From: a virus
Length of the DNA: 64,000 nucleotides
IMG/VR virus record: IMGVR_UViG_3300023174_004481
Location: 1-64,000 of that record
Strand: one strand, 5' to 3'
The notes beneath the pieces are model-generated. The model searched no databases. It had not been told where the DNA came from and worked only from the letters and a program-made list of their open reading frames with translations. This document shows, one piece after another, positions 20,601 through 29,587 of this stretch. The translations under genes were made by a program, and so were the position numbers. The number at the start of each line of letters is the position of its first letter. Within the stretch, counting starts at the first letter, position 1.

Positions 20601-22478
20601 CTTTTTGCTACTACTAGAATAGTTAAAGTCTCCATTTTCTACATTAGCATTAGTAAATAAAACAAATGGATCTTGAGGTATATCAGCAATTGCATAAATT
20701 GATCCATTCGCATAGTAAGACATTCCTCTAAATATACTAGCAAAATCATTTAATAAATTAAAAGCATCAGAAAAATCATTTATAATTGCATTACAAGTAA
20801 ATCTTGGTTCTACACCACCATAACCATCAGAAACTAAAGTATCGCAATATCTTGAAATTTTATATAAATTCCATTTATCTACATTATAACTTTCTATGTA
20901 TTTACCTAATCCATATCTAGTGTTTGTTAAAAGATCATAATAACACCATACAGGATTATCTGTCCATTTTAATTCAGCACTAAAAGTACCATCCCAATCT
21001 CCAGTATAAGTTTTTTTAATTGTATCATAATTAGATGGCACTTTGACTTTTAATAAATTAACATCATATGATCTACTTGGTACATCTTGAAAATAATCAG
21101 TAGTAAATAAATTTTTAAAAATAGCAACTTTTGGATATATATATTGTTCAGAAAAAACTTCAGTTATAGCATGCACGCTACACGAATCTCTCAAATTTAA
21201 TACTGTACTATCTTGTTTAGTTCTTTCAATTTGAACTCTCCACCCAAGATGACTTTTCTCATCTGCTTTAAAATAAGGACTTAAATCAAAAGTAAAAGTA
21301 TCTATAAATCCACTACTTATTTTACCTTTTGATTGTTTATTTTCGCTTATAACAATAGATGGACCACTTGTAGTTAATTTAATTATTTTTATATTGTATG
21401 TTATATCTCGATCTCTTATGTCTCCTAAAGTTTGCGAAATTTTGACTGTTTGTCCACAACCTAAATTAAAATCTTGTCGATCAATATTTGGATCATTTTG
21501 TTGATCAAATAAATTATCAATTTTTATTGCAACTATAAAATTACTAACATCTGTACTTTTGAAATCATAAGATTTTTTAAATCCTGGTCCATATTTTAAA
21601 ATATCTCCTATAGATAATGTTCTAGTTGCATTAGATAAAGATTTATTTCCTTGTAAATTACTCTGTAAAGAGCTTGGCGCTATTTGATTTCCATAATCAT
21701 ATCTAAAATTTATAGAAGAATAATTATATTGACCATTTTCATCTACTACTGGAACATTTCTCCAAAAAACAGATTGTAAATATCCACCTATATAAGGAGT
21801 AAAATTAGCAGAATCCCAGCCAATATTTCCAACTCTACCTGCATAATTATATTTTCCACTCACCAAACCTTCTATAGGTCCTTCACAAATTAAATCTGTT
21901 ACTTCTGTTTCGGTTCTTGATATCGCTCTTGAAATACCAGGTTTATCTTTAATACCTTCTGTTTCTTCTTTTGGAGTATGCGGATCTGGAGGAGGGCTTG
22001 GATAACATGGTGGTGGTCCTCCTTTATTATGTACAAAAATATCTTCTGCAATATAAGTATGATATTTCTCTACTGTAAAATTATAAACAGTATATTCTTT
22101 ATCAATAATTTCTATTTTATCAATTTTTAATTTTTCGTTAAATCTACTTATGATTAAATCAGTTTGAATAAAATTTTTAATTTCAATAAATTCATTATTT
22201 TGATTTAAAAATGGATGATTTGGAGTAGTCCGAATTTTCTTATCTTTGAAAAATATATCTATAACTTTTTCATTTTCATGTATAAATGTATTTTCAACTT
22301 TACTAATTTTTATAGATAAGTCTTTATCGAAACAAAATACTAAATCTCCAATTTTAATATCTTCAATATTTTTATATCCAAAAGGAGTATATATTTTTGT
22401 TCCAGCTACAAAACATCCTGCTCCTCTAATAATTTTAGGATATATTTTTTTTCTATTATTTTGCTCTAATTTTTCCAT
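17646..22478 (-). CDS. Tail tip / host-specificity protein (lambda gpJ-like) with N-terminal Hint domain
   Basis: HTPKE, DLICEGPIEGL, WDGTF..KWTDNPVWCYYDLLTNTRYGLG, YCD..V.DG.GG.EPRFTCN, AFGCTSRGQAYRLGRW, LKPGDLI. Confidence 0.92.
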   Translation of the reverse strand: MEKLEQNNRKKIYPKIIRGAGCFVAGTKIYTPFGYKNIEDIKIGDLVFCFDKDLSIKISKVENTFIHENEKVIDIFFKDKKIRTTPNHPFLNQNNEFIEIKNFIQTDLIISRFNEKLKIDKIEIIDKEYTVYNFTVEKYHTYIAEDIFVHNKGGPPPCYPSPPPDPHTPKEETEGIKDKPGISRAISRTETEVTDLICEGPIEGLVSGKYNYAGRVGNIGWDSANFTPYIGGYLQSVFWRNVPVVDENGQYNYSSINFRYDYGNQIAPSSLQSNLQGNKSLSNATRTLSIGDILKYGPGFKKSYDFKSTDVSNFIVAIKIDNLFDQQNDPNIDRQDFNLGCGQTVKISQTLGDIRDRDITYNIKIIKLTTSGPSIVISENKQSKGKISSGFIDTFTFDLSPYFKADEKSHLGWRVQIERTKQDSTVLNLRDSCSVHAITEVFSEQYIYPKVAIFKNLFTTDYFQDVPSRSYDVNLLKVKVPSNYDTIKKTYTGDWDGTFSAELKWTDNPVWCYYDLLTNTRYGLGKYIESYNVDKWNLYKISRYCDTLVSDGYGGVEPRFTCNAIINDFSDAFNLLNDFASIFRGMSYYANGSIYAIADIPQDPFVLFTNANVENGDFNYSSSSKKVRNSIAVVRYNDMTNFAKPVVEYVEDPDAVRKYGIRKLELTAFGCTSRGQAYRLGRWALASEQLETETVDFTAGLDALYLKPGDLIKIQDSNRVLNRLGGRVLGISLENGTHSFILDGEYNKINSYISSRGANQFNFEILTPTYRVAGTNYSDFVSSYQRPEIQSGTFNLSNMVGAVGYDPEKTLVKLNTNKVFDSTNYILQTGAIWTINVAVNATNNQDLETELYRVIGLTELEGNKYNINAIEHNPSKYLFVESGISLTDAPPLEQGTSQLEASYPSSLAFQLITDLYLQYTIGVPVSTINFDTSFWKVYAKAGSDFTSADLGRQLVNLKGVSVLVPNQSFLIETANLATTVNPITGRFIPSQNNTRYYFRIYGLSTDGYYSRSYTAGNFLYVSETLKDLTNILVFNNFNYNNGGSPSSVILNAANLFAGSNFNFNWSLQNLAPTVKDFNNLDLTYRLTFGTGTFSSAVAQQNTIRQYNLNIDDIDSLSAFTGINSDEMALILKDYTMSGFWLAIDAKERTGVKYTSQASVSSAPYTQVNGYVQGYFYNNPIVPRMNFTNSVLNITASNNIYISAQTPQDVGNGYVFFTDQESKTGLLTTASINSYLTKATKQSNYDVILDLYNNGIQVRKANSTSNGSFSTSVPVINSKTPGAVVKSGWAAFRFASNFEENLINRYTQRFEETGVYKTGLGTASIAVNYGSLPNGISQVYKWNNSSDNRNVFNNLMFLGSYSDSATALQNDLDNTVSASDLSGCLRRDIYNTGNWYITNSSYPTSAGGTRGNLELIRSDMQLSASNIVLYGGSNISMGSVSTNLYSQLNAYRFTMQDDYGQNNFNFNKGFKSFIFKYNNYASGGYYDNGTQSDPNIEISSGVLEMNSGLIGIDDISILFYKRSGVYHNYPVLPANNPAGKIYARILASPTSGLYISGKTNITDISITGITGTTVGTAGGAAALPATPRGYLATTINNIAVRIPYYNIPFIN
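22026..22415 (-). other. Hint (mini-intein/BIL-like) domain, 130 aa, inside gpJ
   Basis: CFVAGTKI (block A), TTPNHPF (block B), VYNFTV..YHTY (block F), FVHN (block G). No endonuclease; +1 residue is Lys. Confidence 0.9.
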
Positions 22479-22480
22479 AG

Positions 22481-23191
22481 TTAAGTCGTTCTAGTTGTAG
22501 TATTAGAGGCATTTTCTATATATGAAGTTGCATAAGTTGCACTTATTGTCTTTGATCCAATTAAAAGTCTGCCATACCCTATTGGAATTGGTCCGCCTTC
22601 TCCAGCTGTATTTGTTGGCCCATCAAAAAGATAAGATTTTCCACCTCCACTTTTACTTCCAGCAACATTTGGAGCATTAAATTCTGGAGCTACAAATGGA
22701 GGAGGCGAAGATAATAAAGCTAAAAATCCAACTGCAGCTAAACCTATTCCAGCTACTACTAAAGATGCCGCTAATAAACCGAATACTCCAGCTGAAGCAG
22801 CAATACCAACTCCAGTAAAAATCAAAGCTATTCCTAAAATTACTGGAATAATTTGGAAAAATCCACCACCACCACCAGATCCCTCTAAAATAGGTATAAT
22901 ATCTATAGATTCTAAAACTTGCTCTTCAAAAGAAGTTAATAAATTTGAATTGATTACTTTATCAAAATCATTTTTAATCTCTTCTTCTGGTTTAAAAACT
23001 TTAAAATCTTTTTTGTTTATTAATATTCTATATTTAATATTTTGTTTATCTAATTCGTAAAGATTTTTATATAGAATTCCAGTATTCGCTTCGATAGCTC
23101 GAATAGCTTCACTTACGCTATTAATTGCTAAATTCCAATTTGCTTTATTTAATTTTTCTGCTAAAATTCCATGTAATTCTACTTTTACCAT
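22481..23191 (-). CDS. Tail assembly protein (lambda gpI-like)
   Basis: VELHGIL...SVSEAIRAI ubiquitin-like domain, hydrophobic Gly/Ala segment, SYLFDGPTNT..EGGPIPIGYGRLLIGS. Confidence 0.9.
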   Translation of the reverse strand: MVKVELHGILAEKLNKANWNLAINSVSEAIRAIEANTGILYKNLYELDKQNIKYRILINKKDFKVFKPEEEIKNDFDKVINSNLLTSFEEQVLESIDIIPILEGSGGGGGFFQIIPVILGIALIFTGVGIAASAGVFGLLAASLVVAGIGLAAVGFLALLSSPPPFVAPEFNAPNVAGSKSGGGKSYLFDGPTNTAGEGGPIPIGYGRLLIGSKTISATYATSYIENASNTTTRTT

Positions 23192-23193
23192 AA

Positions 23194-24279
23194 TTATAAT
23201 TCCTTATTTGTTGCTGGGAATCCACCAAATGGAAGATTAGTTGCATATCTTTTTCTGCAACCTCTTAATTTTTTAGAGCATTGATCCGCAATCCAATAAT
23301 TTGTATCATAAGGAGATTTTGTATTTGAAGAAATTTTAGAAACAAAATAATTTTTAATTTCATTTGCAATAATAAAAACATATTCACCTTTATTATATGA
23401 AGTATTTTTATTCCATTCTCCCCTATTAGTTAAAGATCCCAAACCAATTAAATTAGTAATTAACTCATCTTTTTCATTTGCAATTGGCTTTCCTTGATTT
23501 AATCTTGTTGAATAAGGATTATTAGTTTCAGAATATTCACAACCTTCTCCTCTATAATCAAAAGAGCAAGAAGTACTATATAAAGTCCTCAATGGAAGTC
23601 TGATATTTTCTAAATCTAAAATTGAACTTAATTCATACTCTAAAACATTTTTATTTTCTTTTAATTTTCTATCAATATAATAAATATCTGCAGCTAACTC
23701 AGCATTATTATCTGGATCAATTTGGAAATCATCATCATTAATTATACCACCATTACTTTTAAAATTAACTGCATCTAAATATTTTAAAAAAGTTCTTCTT
23801 CTTAAGATTTTTAAACCAATGATATCTCCTATGTTTCTTATTTGACTTTTAATTTGAGTAAAAAAAGTATTGTAATATGCATTTTGCGCACGGTTTGAAA
23901 AAGTCATTTTTGGTTTTGGTAATGTTCCTCTACTTACAGTTTCAAAACCTTCTATTATTATTGGAAACGGTATATATCTTTTACCCTTCCAAATTAATTG
24001 TCCAAATAAATCTGGAGAAGTAAGATTAACACTTGTATTTTCCATCATGATATTTACATTATGAAATCTTAAAACTCCAGGAGTATCAACCGAACTACCA
24101 CCATAAGGAGGTGGTATACTGCCAGCAAAACTTATTTCCGCTAAACTTGTATTATTTCTATCTAAACCAAATTTACTAAAATCTAATTCATAGAAGCTAA
24201 TAAGTAAAGAAGGCGCAAATTTTGAAGATTCTGAAAATATTTTCTTTGATCCAGCGGAGACTGATTGATTTACGCTCAT
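23194..24279 (-). CDS. Minor tail protein L (lambda gpL-like)
   Basis: YIPFPI..EGFE....LPKPK, RRRTFLKYLDAVNF, CSFDYRGEGC...DQCSK..GC..R...LPFGGFP. Confidence 0.93.
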   Translation of the reverse strand: MSVNQSVSAGSKKIFSESSKFAPSLLISFYELDFSKFGLDRNNTSLAEISFAGSIPPPYGGSSVDTPGVLRFHNVNIMMENTSVNLTSPDLFGQLIWKGKRYIPFPIIIEGFETVSRGTLPKPKMTFSNRAQNAYYNTFFTQIKSQIRNIGDIIGLKILRRRTFLKYLDAVNFKSNGGIINDDDFQIDPDNNAELAADIYYIDRKLKENKNVLEYELSSILDLENIRLPLRTLYSTSCSFDYRGEGCEYSETNNPYSTRLNQGKPIANEKDELITNLIGLGSLTNRGEWNKNTSYNKGEYVFIIANEIKNYFVSKISSNTKSPYDTNYWIADQCSKKLRGCRKRYATNLPFGGFPATNKEL

Positions 24280-24818
24280 AGATTTGCGGTTTCAACAAAT
24301 GTAGTATTTACTGTATAGTTGTTGAAAAAATTATAATTTAACGTCCACTCTTCACACACAAATCTTTTAGGATAAGTTTGCGAACTATCAAAATTATATG
24401 GAAATGGTGGATCAAAAAAGAAACCTTCAGCAGATCTTCTTTTATGCAAAAAATGAGCAATTGCTTTTGTTTCGTTTTTGTCTCTTCCTTCAAATGTTAA
24501 ACTGAATCTTAAAGAATTATTATTTATTCCATCTGCAACTCTTTGTTCGTATCCATCTCCAAATTTAATAACACTAACTGTTGGCTTTAATTTTAGATCT
24601 GAATTATTATAACTAGCTTTCCAACAAAAATCTGGTTTAGTTAAAGTTCCATACGTTTTATAACCTCCCCAAAAAGCAGATGATGAGCTTGGGGTATTAT
24701 TTCTATTGTTATCTACTAAACTATAATAATATATTGAATTGTATAAAACTATATAATTTTTATAATAAGTGCTACTAGCACTATATTGAGGCACATTATA
24801 TAATGATGAATCAGCCAT
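24276..24818 (-). CDS. Minor/distal tail protein M (lambda gpM-like) with N-terminal extension
   Basis: VIKFGDGYEQRVADGINN, FL.......FFFDPP, FVCEEW. Confidence 0.88.
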   Translation of the reverse strand: MADSSLYNVPQYSASSTYYKNYIVLYNSIYYYSLVDNNRNNTPSSSSAFWGGYKTYGTLTKPDFCWKASYNNSDLKLKPTVSVIKFGDGYEQRVADGINNNSLRFSLTFEGRDKNETKAIAHFLHKRRSAEGFFFDPPFPYNFDSSQTYPKRFVCEEWTLNYNFFNNYTVNTTFVETANL

Positions 24819-24842
24819 ATTAATCCTTTTACCTTGTGGTAT

Positions 24843-24880
24843 TAATTATTACACTTAGTTATGCAAGGTGTAATTAATTA
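24843..24880. promoter_or_regulatory. Divergent pair of GTGTAA motifs forming an inverted repeat
   Basis: TTACAC 24849-24854 (for gpM, - strand) and GTGTAA 24868-24873 (9 nt before ATG 24883, + strand). Confidence 0.65.
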
Positions 24881-24882
24881 TA

Positions 24883-26655
24883 ATGCTATCCAGAACAGTA
24901 AGACAAGATCAAAAAGTATATATAAACAATAATGAAATTGTTGGCATTCAAGAATTTAATGCTGATTATAATACCCCAATAGAAATCGTCAAAAGTTTAG
25001 GAATGGAAGCAGTATCTTACTATAACAATAATAATATATTAGCTGAAATTTCAATTAATAAGTTATTGATAGATAATGATCCTTTTATTAACTTTGTTGA
25101 TTATGATCAAGTATTTGGTGGTCACGTTGAATATAAAGACAAATATTTTGCATTTAATTCTGGTATATTGAATAATTATAGACTTAACTGTTCTGTAAAT
25201 GAAATTCCAAGATTAAGCGTAACTTTGAATGCTTTAGGAGATTTTGGCAGTGGAGTAAATAAACCAAATAAAGATTCATTAATAAAACCACACATTGATA
25301 TAACTGACTACGCTGATATAGAGATAGACTTGGATGATTTTAAATTTAATAGACTACAAGCAATTGATATAAATATAAATTCTGAAAAAAATATAATCTA
25401 CGCTCTAGGAAGCTCTTATCCAAAAGAAATAAAAATTATTCCTCCAATTGTAGTCGATTTACAATTTACAGTCAAAGCAGATGATTATAATTTTAAGAAT
25501 ACAAGAGATTTAATATGCAAATACAAAGTAGATTCATTTAGTATAAAATTTAATAAATTCAAAGATCCTTCTAGTGAGTTATTTAATTTTACTTTCAATC
25601 AAGCTATATTCATGGGAGAAACATTTCAAGGCTCGGTAGATTCATCTGCAAATATTATAATAAAATATCAAGGTTTAATTTATAACGAAAGAACAATGAC
25701 TCATCCTCCTGCAATGGGTGGAGCACAAGGCGCGCCACCTCTTGTTATACCAATTGTAAGACCTCCAGTTCCATTAACAACAACTCCGCCCCCGCCTCCA
25801 GCTTTACCTAATCAAGGTTTTGATGGAGCGACTGTACCACCTCCGCCTTCATCACCTCCTACTACTACGACTACTACTACGACTACTACGACCACTACGA
25901 CCACTACAACTACCACGACAACAATTGGACCAGTTGGTTGTACTACTGCTTATGTTGGATTTGGTGGAAGTACTGGATCTGGAAGAGAAAAACATGAAAT
26001 TTTATCTTTTTCTTTTTCTAACGCTTTTCATACAATTACAAATATTAGTTCATCTGATGTAAATTTTGTAGGAGGTGCACGTTATTCAAATTCTTTTATT
26101 TTAACTGAAGATGAATATGATTCTGCTGGAAATTTTTATTTAAAAAATCCATTACGTTTTAAATTAACAAAAGATGCGAATGTTTTACCATTTTCTGTAT
26201 TTTTTACGATGAAAATGACTGTTGGACCTAATCCTGGAATTGGAAGAGCAGATGGTATAACTTTTATAATTCAAAGTCAATCTGTATCAGCAGGTGGTAC
26301 TGGAGGAGGAATTGGATATATGGGAATCACACAAAGTATTGGAGTAGCTTTTGATACTTTTAACAATGGTAGCATGGATAACAATCAAAACAATAACATT
26401 GAATTTGATATTAATGGGAATGTGACATCAAGCATTAGTCAAGTTAATTTAAACTCAAATGTAATGGATTTAGCAGATGGACAAATAAAATATGTTTGGA
26501 TAGATTATTCTGGAGGCGATAATTTAGGTATATTAAGTGTTTACATAAGTAATTCATCAAGTAAACCAGCTTCACCTTCTCTTATGATACAATCACAAAG
26601 TTTAGAATCTCCATTTCCTTGCTTAACCACCACTACAACTACTACTCCTTTGTAG
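24883..26655 (+). CDS. Tail-tube-like N-terminal domain, Pro/Thr linker and L-type (legume) lectin-like domain
   Basis: N-terminal ~270 aa shares a pattern with 49745..50842. Poly-Thr tract. Lectin motifs ADGITFIIQ, GGGIGY.GI..SIGVAFDTFNN, DGQIKYVWIDY. Confidence 0.7.
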   Translation: MLSRTVRQDQKVYINNNEIVGIQEFNADYNTPIEIVKSLGMEAVSYYNNNNILAEISINKLLIDNDPFINFVDYDQVFGGHVEYKDKYFAFNSGILNNYRLNCSVNEIPRLSVTLNALGDFGSGVNKPNKDSLIKPHIDITDYADIEIDLDDFKFNRLQAIDININSEKNIIYALGSSYPKEIKIIPPIVVDLQFTVKADDYNFKNTRDLICKYKVDSFSIKFNKFKDPSSELFNFTFNQAIFMGETFQGSVDSSANIIIKYQGLIYNERTMTHPPAMGGAQGAPPLVIPIVRPPVPLTTTPPPPPALPNQGFDGATVPPPPSSPPTTTTTTTTTTTTTTTTTTTTTIGPVGCTTAYVGFGGSTGSGREKHEILSFSFSNAFHTITNISSSDVNFVGGARYSNSFILTEDEYDSAGNFYLKNPLRFKLTKDANVLPFSVFFTMKMTVGPNPGIGRADGITFIIQSQSVSAGGTGGGIGYMGITQSIGVAFDTFNNGSMDNNQNNNIEFDINGNVTSSISQVNLNSNVMDLADGQIKYVWIDYSGGDNLGILSVYISNSSSKPASPSLMIQSQSLESPFPCLTTTTTTTPL

Positions 26656-26662
26656 CAAACTA

Positions 26663-27499
26663 TTATTTATTAGATAATTTTTTAATTTCTTGTTCTAATG
26701 AAGCAAGTTTATTATCTATTTTAAAGAAAATATCTTCTAGCATTTTTGCTGCAACCTCATCTTCAATATCTGGATATGGTAAATTTAAATATGGAAGCTT
26801 GTTGTTTATTATATAAAAAAATTCTTTGTGTTTTTTAATTTGCGATAAATCGCTTGTTGTTTTTAATAAATATTTATTAGTTATAATAGTTCCACTTTTA
26901 AGATCATTTGGTAAATCATTTAACAATGTAATTACTATAAAGTTATCTCCATGAACTATATTTTTTATTAAATTTGATTGAAAATTTTTGTTACTAACTT
27001 TTCTATAAAAATAATCTATTAAAATTTTTGAACCATCATCACTTATAAAATATAAATTTTCTTCTGGAATATCTGGATATCCGCCTTTTTGTAATACCTC
27101 TAGATCTATTGATCCGTCTTCATTGATTTCTGATACCTCAAGAATTGTATCTTTATCTTCAAGATTAAGTCTCTTTTCTAAAAGAAATTTTTGCCCTCTG
27201 AAAAAATTACCACTTTTTTCTATTACTTTAGAATACCCAAAAAATTCATATTCATCATAATATATATCAACATAATCATTCTCAATAAAATCTAAAGTAT
27301 TTTCAAAAATATGTATCTTATTTTGTCCCTCTAGGCTTTTGAATTTTTTTTCTATTTTATAATTATCAAAATCGTCAATTCTTGCAGATGAAAAATCTGT
27401 ATCAAATACTATAAACATACCTTTTCTAATAGGTATACTAGACATTGACCCATGAATCAATATTCCATCTTTAATTACTGAAGCTGTATATCTTTCCAT
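26663..27499 (-). CDS. Hypothetical protein with C-terminal coiled coil
   Basis: 278-aa ORF co-oriented with the tail genes. Confidence 0.65.
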   Translation of the reverse strand: MERYTASVIKDGILIHGSMSSIPIRKGMFIVFDTDFSSARIDDFDNYKIEKKFKSLEGQNKIHIFENTLDFIENDYVDIYYDEYEFFGYSKVIEKSGNFFRGQKFLLEKRLNLEDKDTILEVSEINEDGSIDLEVLQKGGYPDIPEENLYFISDDGSKILIDYFYRKVSNKNFQSNLIKNIVHGDNFIVITLLNDLPNDLKSGTIITNKYLLKTTSDLSQIKKHKEFFYIINNKLPYLNLPYPDIEDEVAAKMLEDIFFKIDNKLASLEQEIKKLSNK

Positions 27500-27506
27500 T
27501 TATATA

Positions 27507-28358
27507 TTATATGAAATATTTTAAAGATATTCTAGAGTTTATAACATCATTAACCTTAACATTGTAATTTTTGCTCATTAAAAATCCAGATTTTAATTGG
27601 AAATTAATTCCAGTTGGATTGGTTTGTATACCAGATAATCCAGATAATATAATATTAGTATCTTCTATTATGTTATTTATATTTCTTATGTTTAAATTAT
27701 ATACGTCTAATTCCGCTGATAAATCAATCTGCTCTTTGCTAAATACTACTCTATGTGGATAAGTTTCATTGATATTATAAATGGGGGTTATATCTGCTTT
27801 GTATGTAAAATCTAATTTTTTAACGTCATGATTACTAAATTCATTAAAATTATCATTAAAATATATATTAGCCAATGATCCATGTGCATATGAATTTGTA
27901 TTTACTCCAGTAACTCCAGTATAACTTATTGGTAAAGATCCAGTAAAACTATTACTTCCAAAATTAAAAAATACAAATTCTGCTTGATTTTTAACTAAAG
28001 AATGAGGATCAATTGACATACCAAAAGATCTTAAATATCCAGATGTAAAAGTACTATTTCCACATTTTATTGAAAAATTATTTTTTTGACCAGATTGTAA
28101 TAAAATATTATTTAAAAAAATATAATCATTTGGTATTTGACTTATAAAATTAATAGATATTACAGAAGTTGCACCATTACTATTAACTCCTCTGTATGGA
28201 GTTTTTCTTTCTATTTGAAATGAAAAATCTGCATTTGGATTTACATCTATAACTAAATTATCTGCTACGCAATCATATGAATAGTAATTAGTTTCGGAAG
28301 AACCACTTGTAGTAAAACGATCTATCTGTATTGGAAGATTTTTATATGAATAAAACAT
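27507..28358 (-). CDS. Tail-tube-like paralogue
   Basis: GYLRSFGMSIDPHSLVKNQAEF and HGS motifs shared with 28358..29173. Confidence 0.55.
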   Translation of the reverse strand: MFYSYKNLPIQIDRFTTSGSSETNYYSYDCVADNLVIDVNPNADFSFQIERKTPYRGVNSNGATSVISINFISQIPNDYIFLNNILLQSGQKNNFSIKCGNSTFTSGYLRSFGMSIDPHSLVKNQAEFVFFNFGSNSFTGSLPISYTGVTGVNTNSYAHGSLANIYFNDNFNEFSNHDVKKLDFTYKADITPIYNINETYPHRVVFSKEQIDLSAELDVYNLNIRNINNIIEDTNIILSGLSGIQTNPTGINFQLKSGFLMSKNYNVKVNDVINSRISLKYFI

Positions 28359-29173
28359 TAATAATATTTTGTAAATCTTCTTCTAGTTGTAGTAATTCCA
28401 TCTACAGCGCTACTTCCTTCTATGGTCGTGCTCTGTGCACCACTTATTAGCATCGAATAACTTGATCCAGGGCAACACAATGGCTCAATTGCAAAAGTTA
28501 TAACTCTCGAATCTCCAGTATAAACTACTCTTCTATACAAAGCTTCACTCATCTCGAACTCTTCCGATGCACCATTGAATTTTACGGTTCTTGGTATTTG
28601 AGTATTTAAAACTTTAACTGGTAGATATTCTGCTTTAAAACTATAAGATAAATTAAATAGATTAGTATAATCTTCCGTTTGCCCAAGAAAACTATTTGGA
28701 GTGGCATTAATTGCGGCTCTTGATCCATGTAAAAAATTAGAATTTAAAGATTGTTGAGTTGTGTACGTTCCAATCTGTCCAGTTGGAGGAAAAAAAGTAA
28801 AGAACGATGCTTGTGCATTTACAATTTTATCAGGCTCTACTGTAAAAGAAAAACTATCTAAATAACATCCAGTGAATCTTAAACCAGCAATATCTATATC
28901 TCCACTTGGCGGAACATCTGTAAAATTATTTTTCATATTATCTATGAAGCTTTTTACAAGATCATCATTTTGAATATTGTATTGAAAAGAAATATTATGA
29001 GTAACTACATCATTAGGTACTTGAGAATAAAATGCTTGTCTCTTTCCAAGTGATTTAACTTGTGTTATATTATTGGTTGTAGAGAATGTTATATTTGTTG
29101 CTGGTATTCCCCCAGTAACTCCATTACATAACAATCTAACTGGTGTATATTTAAAAGAATAAACGTCACTCAT
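28358..29173 (-). CDS. Tail-tube-like paralogue
   Basis: CYLDSFSFTVEPDKIVNAQASF, FLHGS. GTGTAA motif 9 nt before the ATG. Confidence 0.55.
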   Translation of the reverse strand: MSDVYSFKYTPVRLLCNGVTGGIPATNITFSTTNNITQVKSLGKRQAFYSQVPNDVVTHNISFQYNIQNDDLVKSFIDNMKNNFTDVPPSGDIDIAGLRFTGCYLDSFSFTVEPDKIVNAQASFFTFFPPTGQIGTYTTQQSLNSNFLHGSRAAINATPNSFLGQTEDYTNLFNLSYSFKAEYLPVKVLNTQIPRTVKFNGASEEFEMSEALYRRVVYTGDSRVITFAIEPLCCPGSSYSMLISGAQSTTIEGSSAVDGITTTRRRFTKYY

Positions 29174-29217
29174 TAGTTAAAATTACACTTTAAAGTGTTT
29201 ATTAAGAATATAAAATT

Positions 29218-29315
29218 AGCCATATTATTCTGTCGTTGCTTACGCAATGTCCTGTTATTTTGTAAAGTTTCTCCCGAAAACAGTTAAAATATTCAGTCTG
29301 ATAGGTTTTTTAAAT
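29218..29315 (-). ncRNA. Predicted 98-nt exon released as a circular RNA by the permuted ribozyme
   Basis: Lies between the putative omega-G (29316) and GGCU (U at 29218), which pairs with the 5'-terminal guide GAAUUGGCC via a G.U wobble. Contains two GNRA-capped hairpins (GGGA, GUAA). Inferred. Confidence 0.55.
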
Positions 29316-29573
29316 CAATTTATTAATATTTTCAATTTTAAATGAAAATTTACTTATTGTTACCAATAAGATTGGACTATATCTTATTTATATTGCTATA
29401 AATTCGGGCGCTCGTGTCTCTTTTATTGTTGCGGTAACTCAAGAATTAGTCTCTACACCTTCTTATATCTTTATATCCGCGATATAAGCTTGGCTCGGTA
29501 TTGTCCTAAATATGTCAAAGAACTATTTTTTATTTTTAGGGTTTCCACCGAATTCACCCGATAGGGCCAATTC
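29316..29573 (-). ncRNA. Group I intron ribozyme (IA-like core, no P2, no ORF), intergenic
   Basis: P3 UCGGGUG (29561-29555)/CGCCCGA (29410-29404); P4 UUCGGU/ACCGAG; P5 CCUAAA/UUUAGG; P6a CUUAUAUC/GAUAUAAG; R element GUAGAGACUA (29456-29447); P8 AUUUAUA-GCAA-UAUAAAU; S element AAGAUAUAGUCC (29385-29374); P9 CUUAUUG-GUAA-CAAUAAG; P9.1 hairpin; putative omega-G at 29316. Confidence 0.92.
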
Positions 29574-29581
29574 ATTAGTAT

Positions 29582-29587
29582 TTACAC
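29582..29587 (-). promoter_or_regulatory. GTGTAA motif immediately upstream of the ribozyme
   Basis: Same motif as before many virion genes. An 8-9 nt offset puts the start at G29573/A29572, the first base of the guide strand. Confidence 0.65.

Noticed and set aside
29218-29315. tRNA or hammerhead ribozyme in the exon
   Set aside because: No cloverleaf or T-loop motif; CUGAAUA does not match the hammerhead CUGANGA core.
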